A stretch of DNA of 39,158 nt from Spirulina sp. (lineage in GTDB: Bacteria > Cyanobacteriota > Cyanobacteriia > Phormidesmidales > Phormidesmidaceae), in NCBI GenBank assembly GCA_044070495.1, contig JBIPSI010000042.1, positions 1 through 39,158 on the forward strand. Reading direction: 5' to 3'. Below the pieces are notes generated by a model, which saw only the letters and a list, made by a program, of their open reading frames with translations, made no database searches and was not told the DNA's origin. A program made the position numbers and the translations under genes. Shown here one piece after another: positions 18,531 through 29,200 of the stretch (its first letter is position 1; each line of letters opens with the position of its first letter).

Positions 18531-19466
18531 ATGACTACCAATCTTCCGCCCTCAGGCCCATCCGACCTGTGGAAGCCCAACCGATCCCTGAGCAAATGGA
18601 GCCAGCGGATCATTGTGGTGCTGTTTGGCGTGTTTGCCTTTGTTTCGGTGGCCACCACCATCGGCATTGTGCTGTCGCTGCTGTTCGAGGCCGTTGAATT
18701 TTTCAAAGAAGTCCCGATTTGGCGCTTTTTGACCGATAAACAGTGGACGCCGCTGTTTTCTAACCCGCAGTTCGGCATTTTTGTGCTGCTCAGTGCCACC
18801 TTCCTCACCTCGATCATCGCCATCATCGTGGCACTGCCCCTGGGGCTGTTGTCGGCCATCTACCTGAGTGAGTATGCCTCGCCCAAGTTGCGCCGCGTCC
18901 TCAAGCCTGCCCTAGAGATTTTGGCGGGGGTGCCGTCGGTGGTGTTTGGCTACTTTGCTCTGCTATTGGTGACGCCGTTTTTGCAGCTCTTTATTCCGGG
19001 GTTGTCGGGGTTCAACGGCCTTAGTGCCGGGATTGTGCTGGGTATTTCCATCACGCCGCTGGTGGCTTCCCTCAGTGAGGATGCCATCTACGCCGTGCCG
19101 GATTCGTTGCGGAATGGTTCCTATGCCCTCGGTCTAACTAAGCGAGAAACCATCTTTGGCGTAGTGCTGCCAGCGGCCCTGTCGGGCATTGTGGCCTCGG
19201 TGATTTTGGCCATTTCGCGGGCGGTGGGCGAAACCATGATTGTGTCTCTGGCGGCGGGTCAAAACCCCAACCTTACCGTCAACCCCTTTGTGCCGATCAT
19301 GACCATGACCGCCTACATTGTGCAGGTCAGCCTGGGCGATACCCCAGCGGGTTCCTTGGCCTACAAATCCATTTTTGCGGTGGGGATGACGCTGTTCTTG
19401 GTCACCCTCGTCTTCAACATCTTCAGTTTCTGGTATGTGCGTAAGTATCGGGAGACCTACGAATAA
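18531..19466 (+). CDS. pstC: Phosphate ABC transporter permease PstC
   Basis: [23 protein letters not shown]; multiple TM segments. Confidence 0.95.
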   Translation: MTTNLPPSGPSDLWKPNRSLSKWSQRIIVVLFGVFAFVSVATTIGIVLSLLFEAVEFFKEVPIWRFLTDKQWTPLFSNPQFGIFVLLSATFLTSIIAIIVALPLGLLSAIYLSEYASPKLRRVLKPALEILAGVPSVVFGYFALLLVTPFLQLFIPGLSGFNGLSAGIVLGISITPLVASLSEDAIYAVPDSLRNGSYALGLTKRETIFGVVLPAALSGIVASVILAISRAVGETMIVSLAAGQNPNLTVNPFVPIMTMTAYIVQVSLGDTPAGSLAYKSIFAVGMTLFLVTLVFNIFSFWYVRKYRETYE

Positions 19467-20398
19467 TGACCTCACTGTCGCCTCAACCCACCAAGATGGA
19501 CAAGGGCTGGGACATTGACCAGGCCTCCGTCCTTAGCGCCCTTAGCCGCCGCAAGCTGATTGACCAGGTGGTGAAGTACCTCTCCCTGGCCGCAGTGATT
19601 TTCTCCCTGTCGGTGTTGGCCGTCTTGCTGATCGACGTACTGATCGACGGGCTGCCCGTGATCAACTGGAATTTTCTCACTACCTTCCCCTCCCGACGAC
19701 CCGAAGAAGCGGGTCTAGTTTCAGCCCTGGTGGGCACCATTTGGGTCATGGTGCTGGTGGCGTTGTTTACCTTTCCCATTGGGGTGGGGGCGGGTATTTT
19801 CCTAGAGGAGTTTGTCTCCGATACCTGGTTTGCCAAGGCCATCGAGATCAACATTTCCAACCTGGCCGGGGTGCCTTCCATTATCTATGGTCTGCTGGGC
19901 CTCCAGGTGTTTGTGCGGGTGATGTTTCCTATTACCCAGGGCCGCACGATTCTATCCGGGGCGCTCACTCTGTCCCTGCTGGTGCTGCCCATTGTGATTA
20001 TCGCCACCCGCGAATCGCTGCGGGCCATTCCTGGCAGTTTGCGGCAGGCGGGCTTTGCCCTGGGGGCTACCCGTTGGCAGGTGGTTCGCGCCCACATTCT
20101 GCCCCTGGCCTTCCCCGGCATTTTGACGGGGGTAATTTTGGCCCTCTCCCGCGCCATTGGCGAAACGGCACCGTTGATCACCATCGGAGCCTTGACCTAC
20201 ATTCCCTTCCTGCCAGAGCTGTCTCTGCGCGGGTTGCAAAGCCCCTTTACGGTGCTGCCCATCCAAATTTTCAACTGGGTGTCTCGTCCTCAGCCCGCCT
20301 TCCACGACCTATCGGCGGGGGCCATCATTGTGCTGATGGTGATTTTGCTAACGATGAACTCCTTGGCCATTTACCTGCGTAACCGTTTCCAAAAGTAA
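19466..20398 (+). CDS. pstA: Phosphate ABC transporter permease PstA
   Basis: [37 protein letters not shown] coupling to pstC. Confidence 0.95.
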   Translation: MTSLSPQPTKMDKGWDIDQASVLSALSRRKLIDQVVKYLSLAAVIFSLSVLAVLLIDVLIDGLPVINWNFLTTFPSRRPEEAGLVSALVGTIWVMVLVALFTFPIGVGAGIFLEEFVSDTWFAKAIEINISNLAGVPSIIYGLLGLQVFVRVMFPITQGRTILSGALTLSLLVLPIVIIATRESLRAIPGSLRQAGFALGATRWQVVRAHILPLAFPGILTGVILALSRAIGETAPLITIGALTYIPFLPELSLRGLQSPFTVLPIQIFNWVSRPQPAFHDLSAGAIIVLMVILLTMNSLAIYLRNRFQK

Positions 20399-20621
20399 GT
20401 CCTCAAAGGTAAGGCCGTTTCCCAAGGTAAGGCCGCTGGGGCTGGGGCGGCGGCGGTACTGTCCTCGGTTTAGGATGATAGAACCCCCGTCCTACCTAGC
20501 CCCATGCGTCCGGCCCGTTCTCTGTCATCGCCAGTGGCGGGGAAGCCTGGGCTTTGATTGACACCCCCGCTCCCACCCCTCAGAGAATCCACGACTCCCT
20601 AACACTAGAGAATTGGTCGCC

Positions 20622-21443
20622 ATGATGTCAGATACCATCGGTCAGCCTGGGCCTGATGCCCCCATTGAGGAAGCTACCCTGCGGGCCAAAAACGTCAACG
20701 TCTACTACGGCTCTTCCTTAGCCGTGCGCGATGTCAGCCTGGATATTTTCAAAAACGAAATTACCGCCTTCATCGGCCCCTCCGGCTGCGGCAAAAGTAC
20801 CCTGCTGCGCTGCTTCAACCGCACCAACGACCTGATCCCAGGGGCGCGGGTAGACGGCAAAATCACCATGCACGGCAGCGACCTCTACGGCCCCGGCGTT
20901 GACCCGGTGAACGTGCGTCGCCGCATTGGTATGGTGTTCCAAAAGCCCAACCCCTTCCCCAAATCCATCTACGAAAACATTGCCTTTGCCGCCCGCATTA
21001 ACGGCTACCGGGGCGACTACGACGAATTGATCGAGCGCTCCCTCAAATCCGCCGCCCTGTGGGACGAAGTGAAGGACAAAATGAAGGAAAGCGGCCTCTC
21101 CCTCTCCGGGGGGCAGCAGCAGCGCCTTTGCATTGCCCGCGCCATTGCCATCGAGCCGGAAGTGATTTTGATGGACGAACCCTGCTCCGCCCTCGACCCC
21201 ATCTCCACCCTCAAAATTGAGGAACTGATGCGGGAACTGGAGAAGTTCTACACCATCATCATCGTTACCCACAACATGCAGCAGGCCCTGCGGATTTCCG
21301 ACAAAACCGCCTTCTTCAACGCCGAAGCCACCGAATCCGGCGGCAAAGTCGGCTACCTCGTAGAATACGCCGACACCGAAAAAATCTTCTCCGACCCCCG
21401 CGAAGAAGCCACCCGCGACTACGTACAAGGGCGATTCGGCTAA
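20622..21443 (+). CDS. pstB: Phosphate ABC transporter ATPase PstB
   Basis: [46 protein letters not shown]-terminal GRFG. Confidence 0.96.
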   Translation: MMSDTIGQPGPDAPIEEATLRAKNVNVYYGSSLAVRDVSLDIFKNEITAFIGPSGCGKSTLLRCFNRTNDLIPGARVDGKITMHGSDLYGPGVDPVNVRRRIGMVFQKPNPFPKSIYENIAFAARINGYRGDYDELIERSLKSAALWDEVKDKMKESGLSLSGGQQQRLCIARAIAIEPEVILMDEPCSALDPISTLKIEELMRELEKFYTIIIVTHNMQQALRISDKTAFFNAEATESGGKVGYLVEYADTEKIFSDPREEATRDYVQGRFG

Positions 21444-21486
21444 AGGTTTCTTCCCCAGTTCCGTTCCTCCTTCAACACAATCCGCT

Positions 21487-21538
21487 GCCCCCGCTGCCCC
21501 GTTCCTCTAGGATCGGGAATGTAGCGGGGGCTTTTTTT
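21487..21538 (+). terminator. Rho-independent terminator of the pst operon
   Basis: GCCCCCGCTGC...GTAGCGGGGGC stem followed by T7. Confidence 0.7.
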
Positions 21539-21670
21539 GTCGGTCACAAAACCTCAATTTCACGCGTTGAAAACCTCCCGTGGGGCGCATTCGTGGCACC
21601 ACCATCCTGGAAAATTTACGACAAATCCCCTGATCCGCCATGCCCCACCCCCTCGGCCACTGTGGTGCAA

Positions 21671-21703
21671 AAAAGCCCGGTTTCTTCAAGAAACCGGGCT
21701 TTT
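21671..21703. terminator. Perfect 16-bp-arm palindrome after argG (terminator or palindromic repeat)
   Basis: AAAAGCCCGGTTTCTT-C-AAGAAACCGGGCTTTT with a T-tract on each strand. Confidence 0.7.
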
Positions 21704-21724
21704 AGGTCGATTGATGCCAAGATT

Positions 21725-22930
21725 TTAGCCTTGGCGCAGGTTTTCTGACCAAACGCGGGTGGGTAGCCCCCAGACGTAGATGAAGCCTTCGGCGGCCTTG
21801 TGGTCAAATTGGTCGTCAGAGCTATAGGTGGCCAGAGCTTCGCTGTACAGGGCCAGGTCGGATTTGCGGCCCACCACACGGGCATTGCCCTTGAACAGCT
21901 TCATCCGCACCGTGCCCGTCACCCGCTCCTGGGTTTGCTGAATGAAGGCATCCAGGGCTAGCTTCAGGGGGCTATACCAAAGGCCGTTGTAGACCAAGCG
22001 GCTGTAGGTTTCTTCGATGCCGCGCTTGTACTGGGTAACATCGGCGGTGAGGGTGAGGCTCTCTAAATCCCGGTGGGCGTCGATCAGCACTAGCAGGGCC
22101 GGGGCTTCGTAGATTTCGCGAGATTTGATGCCCACCAGGCGGTTTTCCACCATGTCGATGCGGCCTACGCCGTGGCGGCCAGCGATCTCGTTGATTTGGG
22201 TGATCAGTTCCACCGGAGCCAGAGCGGCCCCATTCAGGTGGGTGGGGATGCCCTTGGTGAAGCCGATTTCGATGTATTCCGGCTGATCGGGGGTGGTTTC
22301 GATGGCCTGGGTCATGAGGAACACCTCTTCCAGGGGTTCGTTCATGGGGTCTTCTAGGGGGCCAGCTTCGATGCTGCGGCCCAGCAGGTTGCGGTCGATG
22401 CTGTAGGGGCTAGACTTTTTCACCGGGAAGGCGAGGCCCATTTTTTCCCCGTAGGCGATGGTTTCTTCGCGGCCCATGCCCCATTCGCGGGCGGGGGCCA
22501 GCACTTTCAGATCGGGGTTGAGGGCGGCAATGGCCACATCAAAGCGCACCTGGTCGTTGCCCTTCCCGGTACAGCCGTGGGCCACGGCATCGGCTCCGTA
22601 GCGCTCGGCGGCTTCCACTAGCGCCTTGGCGATCAGGGGGCGGGCCAGGGCGGTGGAGAGGGGGTAGCGGTTTTCGTAGAGGGCGTTGGCCTGGATGGCG
22701 GGGAAGGCGTAGTCGGTGATAAATTCCTCGGTGAGGTCGGCGACGAGGGATTCCTTCACCCCGGCGGTGAGGGCCTTGAGGCGGATGGGTTCCAGTTCAT
22801 CCCCTTGGCCCAGATCTGCGGCCAGGGTAATGACCTCCTTCACGCCCCATTCGTTCATCAGGTAGGGGATACAAACGGTGGTATCCACCCCACCGGAATA
22901 GGCTAAAACAACTTTCTCTGCGCGACCCAT
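21725..22930 (-). CDS. argG: Argininosuccinate synthase
   Basis: [40 protein letters not shown]. Confidence 0.97.
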   Translation of the reverse strand: MGRAEKVVLAYSGGVDTTVCIPYLMNEWGVKEVITLAADLGQGDELEPIRLKALTAGVKESLVADLTEEFITDYAFPAIQANALYENRYPLSTALARPLIAKALVEAAERYGADAVAHGCTGKGNDQVRFDVAIAALNPDLKVLAPAREWGMGREETIAYGEKMGLAFPVKKSSPYSIDRNLLGRSIEAGPLEDPMNEPLEEVFLMTQAIETTPDQPEYIEIGFTKGIPTHLNGAALAPVELITQINEIAGRHGVGRIDMVENRLVGIKSREIYEAPALLVLIDAHRDLESLTLTADVTQYKRGIEETYSRLVYNGLWYSPLKLALDAFIQQTQERVTGTVRMKLFKGNARVVGRKSDLALYSEALATYSSDDQFDHKAAEGFIYVWGLPTRVWSENLRQG

Positions 22931-23213
22931 GGTCAATCCCTGCTATTGCATTACAGGGGTAATATTATCCACGGTTTTTTGCCTCGGCTCACACTGGTTT
23001 AGCAAGATCCGATGACATCGTGGCCCTCCGATCCCATCTCCTACGGTCACCCATCGTGGAATGTCCCGGGTAGGCGACTTTCCTGGGATGCAAAAATATT
23101 CCTAAATGGTCGGATGGCCAATAAATTTTAAGGTCACCTATTCTAGAAACGAATGTGGGGGAAATTCCCAGTGGATTGCCGCCCCTCACTTGGCCCCCTC
23201 TTGATGTATTCCT

Positions 23214-23414
23214 CTCGACACCCTCGCAAAACTGATTGAAGGTCTGCACGAGGCCGGAGTAACCGTGTATTTAAGCGTGTATTTAAGCGAGGTCAAAGGC
23301 CCAGTGATGGATCAACTGGTGCAGGCGGGCTTTGTTGACCATTGGGGTGGGCCAGAACGGGTTTTCCTCAGCACCCACCAGGCTATGCAAACCCTGGGGC
23401 AAGTTCCTGCCTAG
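23214..23414 (+). pseudogene. C-terminal STAS fragment of a SulP-family anion transporter
   Basis: Manual translation LDTLAKLIEGLHEAGVTVYLSVYLSEVKGPVMDQLVQAGFVDHWGGPERVFLSTHQAMQTL...*; in-frame TGA at 23202 upstream and no start codon before the homologous part. Confidence 0.75.
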
Positions 23415-23427
23415 GTCGGTCTAGAAA

Positions 23428-23441
23428 GTATTGCAAAATAC
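23428..23441. promoter_or_regulatory. Candidate NtcA site
   Basis: GTA-TTGCAAAA-TAC with A-rich flanks, between divergent argG and the DUF4327 gene. Confidence 0.4.
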
Positions 23442-23618
23442 AAAAAATTGTGTCTGCCTCTGTGAACAAAGGTGAGGATACGATGCGAAGAATCTCTACA
23501 ACGGCGGATTAGAGGGACGATGAAGATGGAATTCGGCATCTTTTCTCAGGGATCTCCCCTAGGATGCGCTGCCCCTTCCCCTTCCCGCATCATTGCCCTG
23601 GAGTTGGAGTCTGTCCCC

Positions 23619-23888
23619 ATGACCACCACACCCTTGAAAACGGCCCTTCCGCAGGCCTCGCTCCCACCAACGGCGGCGGAACACTACACCATCGACATGA
23701 TCCGCGATGAAGCCCGACAACTCATTGAAGGTGGTGTAGTTAGCCGCCATCAACCGATCTTTACCCTCTGTGGCTACATTGCCGCCCGCGAATGGCCCCT
23801 GATTGAATCGGAACTCGAACAGTACGACTATCTCCTGCGCGACTGCATCGGCGACCTACTCACCTGCGAAACCTGGAGCGAAGATTAG
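23619..23888 (+). CDS. DUF4327 family protein
   Basis: YTIDMIRDEARQL...VSRHQPI..LC..I..REW..IE.ELE...LLRD.IGDL...W.ED pattern; GGAG upstream of ATG 23619. Confidence 0.85.
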   Translation: MTTTPLKTALPQASLPPTAAEHYTIDMIRDEARQLIEGGVVSRHQPIFTLCGYIAAREWPLIESELEQYDYLLRDCIGDLLTCETWSED

Positions 23889-24005
23889 CTTCCCGGTTCC
23901 CACCCTCCACCCTCTCGGCGGGGGTTCGCCCAAGCCTGTCTCGATCTGATACCTAGGCCAGCCATTAGGGCATCCTAACCCTAACCATGCTTGGTAGGTT
24001 TCACG

Positions 24006-25232
24006 ATGACCCCTCTTCCCGTTCCGTTTGTGGATCTCGACTGGCAGCACCGCCCCCTCGCCTCGGCCCTTCAGGCGGCCATCGCCCAGGTGATCGCCGA
24101 TGGAGACTTTGTGTTGGGTCAGGCGGTTAGAGACTTTGAGGCCAGCTTTGCGGCGGCCTGCCACACTCGATTTGGGGTGGGGGTGGGCTGCGGCACCGAG
24201 GCCCTGGCCCTAGGGCTGACGGCCTGCGGAATTGGCCCAGGGGATGAGGTAATTTTGCCCGCCAACACCTTTGTGGCCACGCTAATTGGCGTCTTGCGCA
24301 CCGGGGCTACTCCCATTTTGGTGGATTGTGATCGGGCCACGGCATTGATGGATTTGGAAGCCGCCGAACGGGCCATTACCCCTCGCACAAAGGCGATCCT
24401 GCCGGTGCATCTCTATGGCCAGATGGTCTCCCCTGGGGGGCTACGCGCCCTGGCGGAACGGCATTCCCTGATAATTTTTGAGGATGCCGCCCAGGCCCAC
24501 CTAGCGGAACGGGAAGGCTATCGGGCCGGATCCCTCGGACGGGGAGCGGCCTTTAGCTTTTACCCCAGCAAAAACCTGGGGGCCTTGGGGGATGGGGGCA
24601 TGGTGGTCACCGCCGAGGAATCCGTGGCCAACACCGTGCGATCTTTGCGCAACTATGGAGCCACCCGCAAGTACTACCACACCGAGCCAGCGGGCAGCAA
24701 CAGCCGCCTCGACACCCTGCAAGCGGCGGTGCTACAAGTGAAGCTTCCTTACCTAGCCGCCTGGAACCAGGCCCGCAACGCCCTGGCCCAAGCCTACGAC
24801 CGCAGGCTAGCCCCCCTGGCGGAGCACGGCATTCTGCCCATGCGCAACGACGCTGGCCCTGGCCATGTCTACCACCTCTACGTGGTGCGGGTCACCGAGG
24901 CTTGTCCCCTCAGCCGCGAGGCGCTTCAGACCTATCTAGACGAGCGCCAGATTCAGACGGGCATCCACTACCCCATCCCCTGCCACCTGCAACCCGCCTT
25001 TGCCTCCCTGGGCTATGGCTCCGGGGCCTTTCCCCAGGCCGAAGCTCTCAGCCAGGAAATTCTTTCCTTGCCCATGCACCCTGGTCTCACCGAGGCCCAG
25101 ATCGATCGGGTGGTGGACGCTATGGTAGAAGCGGTCACCTCTGCGGTGCCCCTAGGGATGCCCTCAGGGGCCGCCATCCCATCCCACCGCCCTACCCTGG
25201 AGGCTTCTCTGGGATCAAAGGCTTCTGTTTAG
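24006..25232 (+). CDS. DegT/DnrJ/EryC1/StrS sugar aminotransferase
   Basis: PVHLYGQ, EDAAQAH, FSFYPSKNLGALGDGG, NSRLDTLQAA, GIHYPIP. Confidence 0.93.
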   Translation: MTPLPVPFVDLDWQHRPLASALQAAIAQVIADGDFVLGQAVRDFEASFAAACHTRFGVGVGCGTEALALGLTACGIGPGDEVILPANTFVATLIGVLRTGATPILVDCDRATALMDLEAAERAITPRTKAILPVHLYGQMVSPGGLRALAERHSLIIFEDAAQAHLAEREGYRAGSLGRGAAFSFYPSKNLGALGDGGMVVTAEESVANTVRSLRNYGATRKYYHTEPAGSNSRLDTLQAAVLQVKLPYLAAWNQARNALAQAYDRRLAPLAEHGILPMRNDAGPGHVYHLYVVRVTEACPLSREALQTYLDERQIQTGIHYPIPCHLQPAFASLGYGSGAFPQAEALSQEILSLPMHPGLTEAQIDRVVDAMVEAVTSAVPLGMPSGAAIPSHRPTLEASLGSKASV

Positions 25233-25234
25233 CC

Positions 25235-25270
25235 CGTTCCCTAGGTCGTTTCCTAGGTCGTTCCCTAGGG
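25235..25270. repeat. 12-bp tandem repeat, 3 copies
   Basis: CGTTCCCTAGGT CGTTTCCTAGGT CGTTCCCTAGGG. Confidence 0.8.
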
Positions 25271-25328
25271 CATTGATTGGGGCGTTCCCTCGCCCTGGAT
25301 TTTCTGAATTGTTACCTTGGCTAGTTTT

Positions 25329-26210
25329 ATGGTTGCCCGCCGCCTGACCCCATCTCCCCCGTGGCTGATTGCCGTCCTGCTGCTGTTACTCTACGGCCCG
25401 CTGCTGGTACATTGGGTAGACGGCTGGCTGAATAAGTCCATCAGCATTCAGCACGAATACTTCAGTCATGGGTTAATTGGTCTGCCCTTTGCCGCCTATA
25501 TCGTCTGGGAAAAACGGGCCGATTGGCGGCGGTTGGCTCCCCAATGTCATCCGTTGGGCCTGGGGTTGGTGGGGGTGGCCAGCCTGATGTACCTGACGGG
25601 ACTCACCGACTGGATGAGCCTCTCCCTGCCGCTGATGCTGGCGGGGCTGTGCCTAGCGCTGAAGGGAATGCCGGGGCTACGGCTTCAGACCATGCCCCTG
25701 CTGCTGGTAGCCCTGGCCACCCCCACCCAACTGCCCTACCTGATAGAACCCTACATTCTGCCCCTGCAACGGTTTATTGCCGCCGTGGCGGGGTTTTTGC
25801 TGACCCAAATCGGCGTCAATGTAACGGTTGACCAGATCTATCTCTACGTCAATGGCCAAACCGTAGAGGTCGCCCCCCACTGTGCCGGACTCAAAATGCT
25901 GTTCACCAGCCTCTATGTGGCCCTGATGTTGGTCTACTGGACAGGGGCCTACACCTCGAAACTCTGGATGGGCCTGTTTTTCGGCGGCACCGTGGCCCTC
26001 AGTGTGGTGGGCAACATTATTCGCAATGCCCTGCTGAGCTACTTCCACGGCATGGGCCACGACAACCTCTTTGTGTGGCTCCACGAAAGCTGGGGCGGCG
26101 ATGTTTACTCGGCCCTGCTGTTGATGTTGCTGATTCTGTGGCTACGGTGGATTCGTCACTACGTCCCCCCAAACCTACACCTCCAGAGAGACACCCCAGC
26201 CTCTGTTTAG
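25329..26210 (+). CDS. crtB: Cyanoexosortase B
   Basis: WVDGWLNKSISIQHEYFSHGLIGLPFAAY; catalytic-type motifs VEVAPHCAGL, GNIIRN and WLHESWGGD. This crtB is not phytoene synthase. Confidence 0.9.
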   Translation: MVARRLTPSPPWLIAVLLLLLYGPLLVHWVDGWLNKSISIQHEYFSHGLIGLPFAAYIVWEKRADWRRLAPQCHPLGLGLVGVASLMYLTGLTDWMSLSLPLMLAGLCLALKGMPGLRLQTMPLLLVALATPTQLPYLIEPYILPLQRFIAAVAGFLLTQIGVNVTVDQIYLYVNGQTVEVAPHCAGLKMLFTSLYVALMLVYWTGAYTSKLWMGLFFGGTVALSVVGNIIRNALLSYFHGMGHDNLFVWLHESWGGDVYSALLLMLLILWLRWIRHYVPPNLHLQRDTPASV

Positions 26211-26235
26211 GTTTTTGAAGGACTTCCCTTCGGCT

Positions 26236-26273
26236 CTCCCCTCTCCTCATGGGAGAGGGGCTGGGGGTGAGGG
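26236..26273. repeat. Intergenic palindromic repeat
   Basis: CCCCTCTCC-TCATG-GGAGAGGGG-CTGGGGGTGAGGG, a repeat form common in cyanobacterial intergenic DNA. Confidence 0.6.
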
Positions 26274-26356
26274 TTGTGGGGACTTTGCGATCTACTGAGC
26301 CTCGTTTCCCAAAACAGCTCGTTTCTTTTCACCTTATTTCACCCACGGAGTTTGCT

Positions 26357-27079
26357 ATGACGGCTCAGCCCCCCTCTACCGCTACCCCTCGGCTACCGAT
26401 GCGCTGGGTTCAGCTTGGCCTAGGGGCATTGCTGATGATGCTCGTCGCGATGGTGATGGTTCCGGGCTACCTGGGGGGGCAATGGCCCTGGGTGGTAGCC
26501 CCGCAGCTTACTTCAGGGGATTTAGCCGCCCTGCACACCCTGCGCGACGAGGGTTTGGAGATGCCTAATTGGCAACACCAACAGCATCAGGTGGTCGCCC
26601 TCAACCGCCAAGACTGGAGTGTGAATGAATACACCGCCCTGGATGCCGCCGCCCCCGCCCAACAAATGGTGGTGCTGCTGCATCCCCAACCCTGGCACAG
26701 CAACCAGCCCCAGGTGGAATGGGTGGATTTGGCGGGAATGCAAAACTGGCGCATCGAGCGGCGAAAATCCCTGGCGCTAGGCTCTGACGCCGATCCCTTA
26801 CCCGTGCGGGCTAACCTGCTTCAGGTTCGTAATGATCAACAAACCTTTGCGGTGTTGCAGTGGTATGCGTGGCCGGGGGGAGGGCATCCGGCTCCGAGCC
26901 ACTGGTTTTGGGTGAATCAGCGATCCCAACTGGCTACGCACACCCTCACGCCCTGGGTGGCGGTCACCGTCCTCGTCCCCATCCCACCCCTGGCCGACCT
27001 CGGTACCTACCAGTCCTGGATGGCGGAACTGGGGGGGCAGGTGCATCAGCAGGTGACGGCCTCCCTGGGTCAGTCCTAG
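26357..27079 (+). CDS. Cyanoexosortase B system-associated protein
   Basis: N-terminal TM, PGYLGGQWPW, QPQVEWVDL, QTFAVLQWYAWPGGGHPAPSHWFW; directly follows crtB; GGAG before ATG. Confidence 0.85.
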   Translation: MTAQPPSTATPRLPMRWVQLGLGALLMMLVAMVMVPGYLGGQWPWVVAPQLTSGDLAALHTLRDEGLEMPNWQHQQHQVVALNRQDWSVNEYTALDAAAPAQQMVVLLHPQPWHSNQPQVEWVDLAGMQNWRIERRKSLALGSDADPLPVRANLLQVRNDQQTFAVLQWYAWPGGGHPAPSHWFWVNQRSQLATHTLTPWVAVTVLVPIPPLADLGTYQSWMAELGGQVHQQVTASLGQS

Positions 27080-27093
27080 GGTGCTCTGTCACG

Positions 27094-27132
27094 AAAAAGC
27101 CCCTGGGGTTGGCATAGACCAAGGCCAGGGGC
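27094..27132 (-). terminator. Hairpin terminator between convergent genes
   Basis: GCCCCTGG...CCAGGGGC with a T5 tract on the minus strand. Confidence 0.5.
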
Positions 27133-27267
27133 GATCAACTTTAGCCATGGCCTAGCTACATTGCCACCTTGGGGTATTCCGGACATGGCCAGGGTCGGTT
27201 TCAAAGGATCAGCTTCAAAGGTCTGGATTCAAAGGGTCAGCGTCAGACGAGTAGGCCGTTACCCTAG

Positions 27268-28020
27268 TTAACGCTGGAGCATCAGCCAGAAACGGTGACG
27301 GTGCTGGCGATAGAGAACGTAGGCATAGCCCCCCACGATCACCAGGAAACAGAGGTTCGCGATGGTGTTGTAGGTGCCGATGATGGTGCCCGGTTCCCAG
27401 GCGTGGCGGTTGACGAGGATGTTCATGTCGCCGTGTTCGGCATCGCCCCACATCATGCCAAAGGGGATGGAGGCGCGACCCAGGCGAATGGCTTTCCACA
27501 GCCAAAACTGCCCCCAGAAGGTGAAGGCGGCTCCGATTACCACGGGGTAGCGGTAGAAGTCCCAGCGCCAGTAGGCGGGCATGGGAAAGAAAAAGCTGAC
27601 CATGAGCAGGGTGCTGAGGTAAAGCTCACCGCCAATGCCACCAAAGGCCAGCAGCATATCAAAGGTGTTGGGCGACATCAGCCAGGTCATGGCAAATTGC
27701 AGCAGGGCCAGCCCAGCGGCTAACACCATGGGCCAGCGCTTGCCTTCCTTGTGGCCCGACCAATAGAGCAACCCCAGTAAAATCAGCACCCCCAAATAGA
27801 CCCAGAAAGATCGGTCAGGATTTACATTCGTCCAGCCGATGGGGAGAGGGATCGCCTGCCGTCCAGACAGCCAGGCCACAGTGGCATGGCCAAATTCGTG
27901 GATCCAAATTTTGATGCCGCGCAGCAGCAGATTGGTAATCGGAAAAGCGTTAAGAACTAAGCCAATCGCCAGCATGGCCGGAAAGACAATGCCGTTGCTG
28001 TAGCGGTTGTTGAAGGACAT
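27268..28020 (-). CDS. Membrane protein with M50-like HExxH metallopeptidase motif (possibly the 3' half of a frameshifted gene)
   Basis: WIHEFGHATVAWLSG, several TM helices and a distal GD motif (HGDMN). Confidence 0.75.
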   Translation of the reverse strand: MSFNNRYSNGIVFPAMLAIGLVLNAFPITNLLLRGIKIWIHEFGHATVAWLSGRQAIPLPIGWTNVNPDRSFWVYLGVLILLGLLYWSGHKEGKRWPMVLAAGLALLQFAMTWLMSPNTFDMLLAFGGIGGELYLSTLLMVSFFFPMPAYWRWDFYRYPVVIGAAFTFWGQFWLWKAIRLGRASIPFGMMWGDAEHGDMNILVNRHAWEPGTIIGTYNTIANLCFLVIVGGYAYVLYRQHRHRFWLMLQR

Positions 28021-29063
28021 TAAGTCGGTGTCTTCTTCCACCAAGGCCGCTTGGGCATGGTTAAGACCTGTCGCCACACCACTTGATTCTGATCGTCGAG
28101 GACGGCTACCACGAGGCTGGGCACGTCCCCCAACCCCATGGCCAGGAGGTCTTGCTGGGTGAGCAAGACGTACAGTTGTTTGGTGATTTGCTTTGGGTTG
28201 GTCACCTGCGACGCTCGCCAGCGAATATGCACTTGATTGCCCTGTCGAACTACCTGACCTGGCAAATCCTGCTCTTTTAATAGCGCTTGCAGGGTAAGGA
28301 CAGGGTCTACACCGGGAACTGCCCCTCCCCCATGGGTTTGAGGGTCAACCTCAGGGTTGTCGGTTTCCGCTGGGTCTGGTTTGGGCAGGCTGGCTTGGGT
28401 CTTTGTATAGTCCTTAAGGGTTGTAAAGGCCCACTTCAGAGGTTCCAACGCGGCCCGATTCCCCTGCCGCAGCAGCGCGGCCTTGGTTTTAAAGTAGGTT
28501 GATTCAATCTCCGCCAGGGGTGCCCCAGGGCTGAGGCCCAATTCTTGGTAGGCCCGTGCGATATCGGCAGGCAGGGAGTCGGTGCCAGGTTCCAGGTCAC
28601 TCGCTGGCGCTAGCTCTGGCGCGTTCGGTTCTGGCATTTTGGGTTCTGCCATCTCGGATGCTTCTGACGAATGCCTATCTGAGGGGCTAGGTTCTGACGG
28701 GCCAATTCCTGAGGTTTGCGGCTCTGAGGTGATGGGTTTGGCAATCCCTGACTCTGGCTGCACTCGTCCGGCCAGCAAGGCCATTTCCGTTGTCCAACTC
28801 TGGCTAGGATCGGCGGTCGAGTGGGCCTCGATGCGAAGAATGCCCACGGAGTCAAGCTGAAGGCGTTCGATGGCCCGTCGCAGGTAGTCTACCAGTTGAG
28901 GTTGGGGTGGCAAGGCGTTGCCCGTCATCCACAAATTTAGACAGTAGCTGTCCCGTTCAGCCCGAACCTGAATGCCCTTGGGTTTGAGCGATTGATTGAG
29001 GAGAGCTGCAATCGCCTTTGCGTCTCCTTCCTTGGCCTGCGCTAGCCATTCAGAAATGGTCAT
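28020..29063 (-). CDS. Hypothetical protein with a cyanobacterial N-terminal domain and a degenerate J-like domain
   Basis: AKEGDAKAIAALLNQSLKPKGI N-terminus, Pro/Glu linker, and AYQELGLSPGAPLAEIESTY...LKWAFTTLK without HPD. Confidence 0.7.
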   Translation of the reverse strand: MTISEWLAQAKEGDAKAIAALLNQSLKPKGIQVRAERDSYCLNLWMTGNALPPQPQLVDYLRRAIERLQLDSVGILRIEAHSTADPSQSWTTEMALLAGRVQPESGIAKPITSEPQTSGIGPSEPSPSDRHSSEASEMAEPKMPEPNAPELAPASDLEPGTDSLPADIARAYQELGLSPGAPLAEIESTYFKTKAALLRQGNRAALEPLKWAFTTLKDYTKTQASLPKPDPAETDNPEVDPQTHGGGAVPGVDPVLTLQALLKEQDLPGQVVRQGNQVHIRWRASQVTNPKQITKQLYVLLTQQDLLAMGLGDVPSLVVAVLDDQNQVVWRQVLTMPKRPWWKKTPT

Positions 29064-29200
29064 GGGTCATAGGTACTTGAATAAGTTGCCCGAAACTTGC
29101 CAGACTATGCTGCCCCTACTAGATAGGATGCCCACTATAGAGCGGCAAATTTCAGGGGAAGACATTCTCCAATAGTATCAACATGGCGGTAATCCCTGGG

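Noticed and set aside
17316..21428. Long antisense or alternate-frame ORFs over pstSCAB (e.g. 17713-18303, 19741-20382, 20718-21428) and similar ones over other genes
   Set aside because: Shadow ORFs expected from GC-rich codon bias over well-supported genes; no recognisable motifs.
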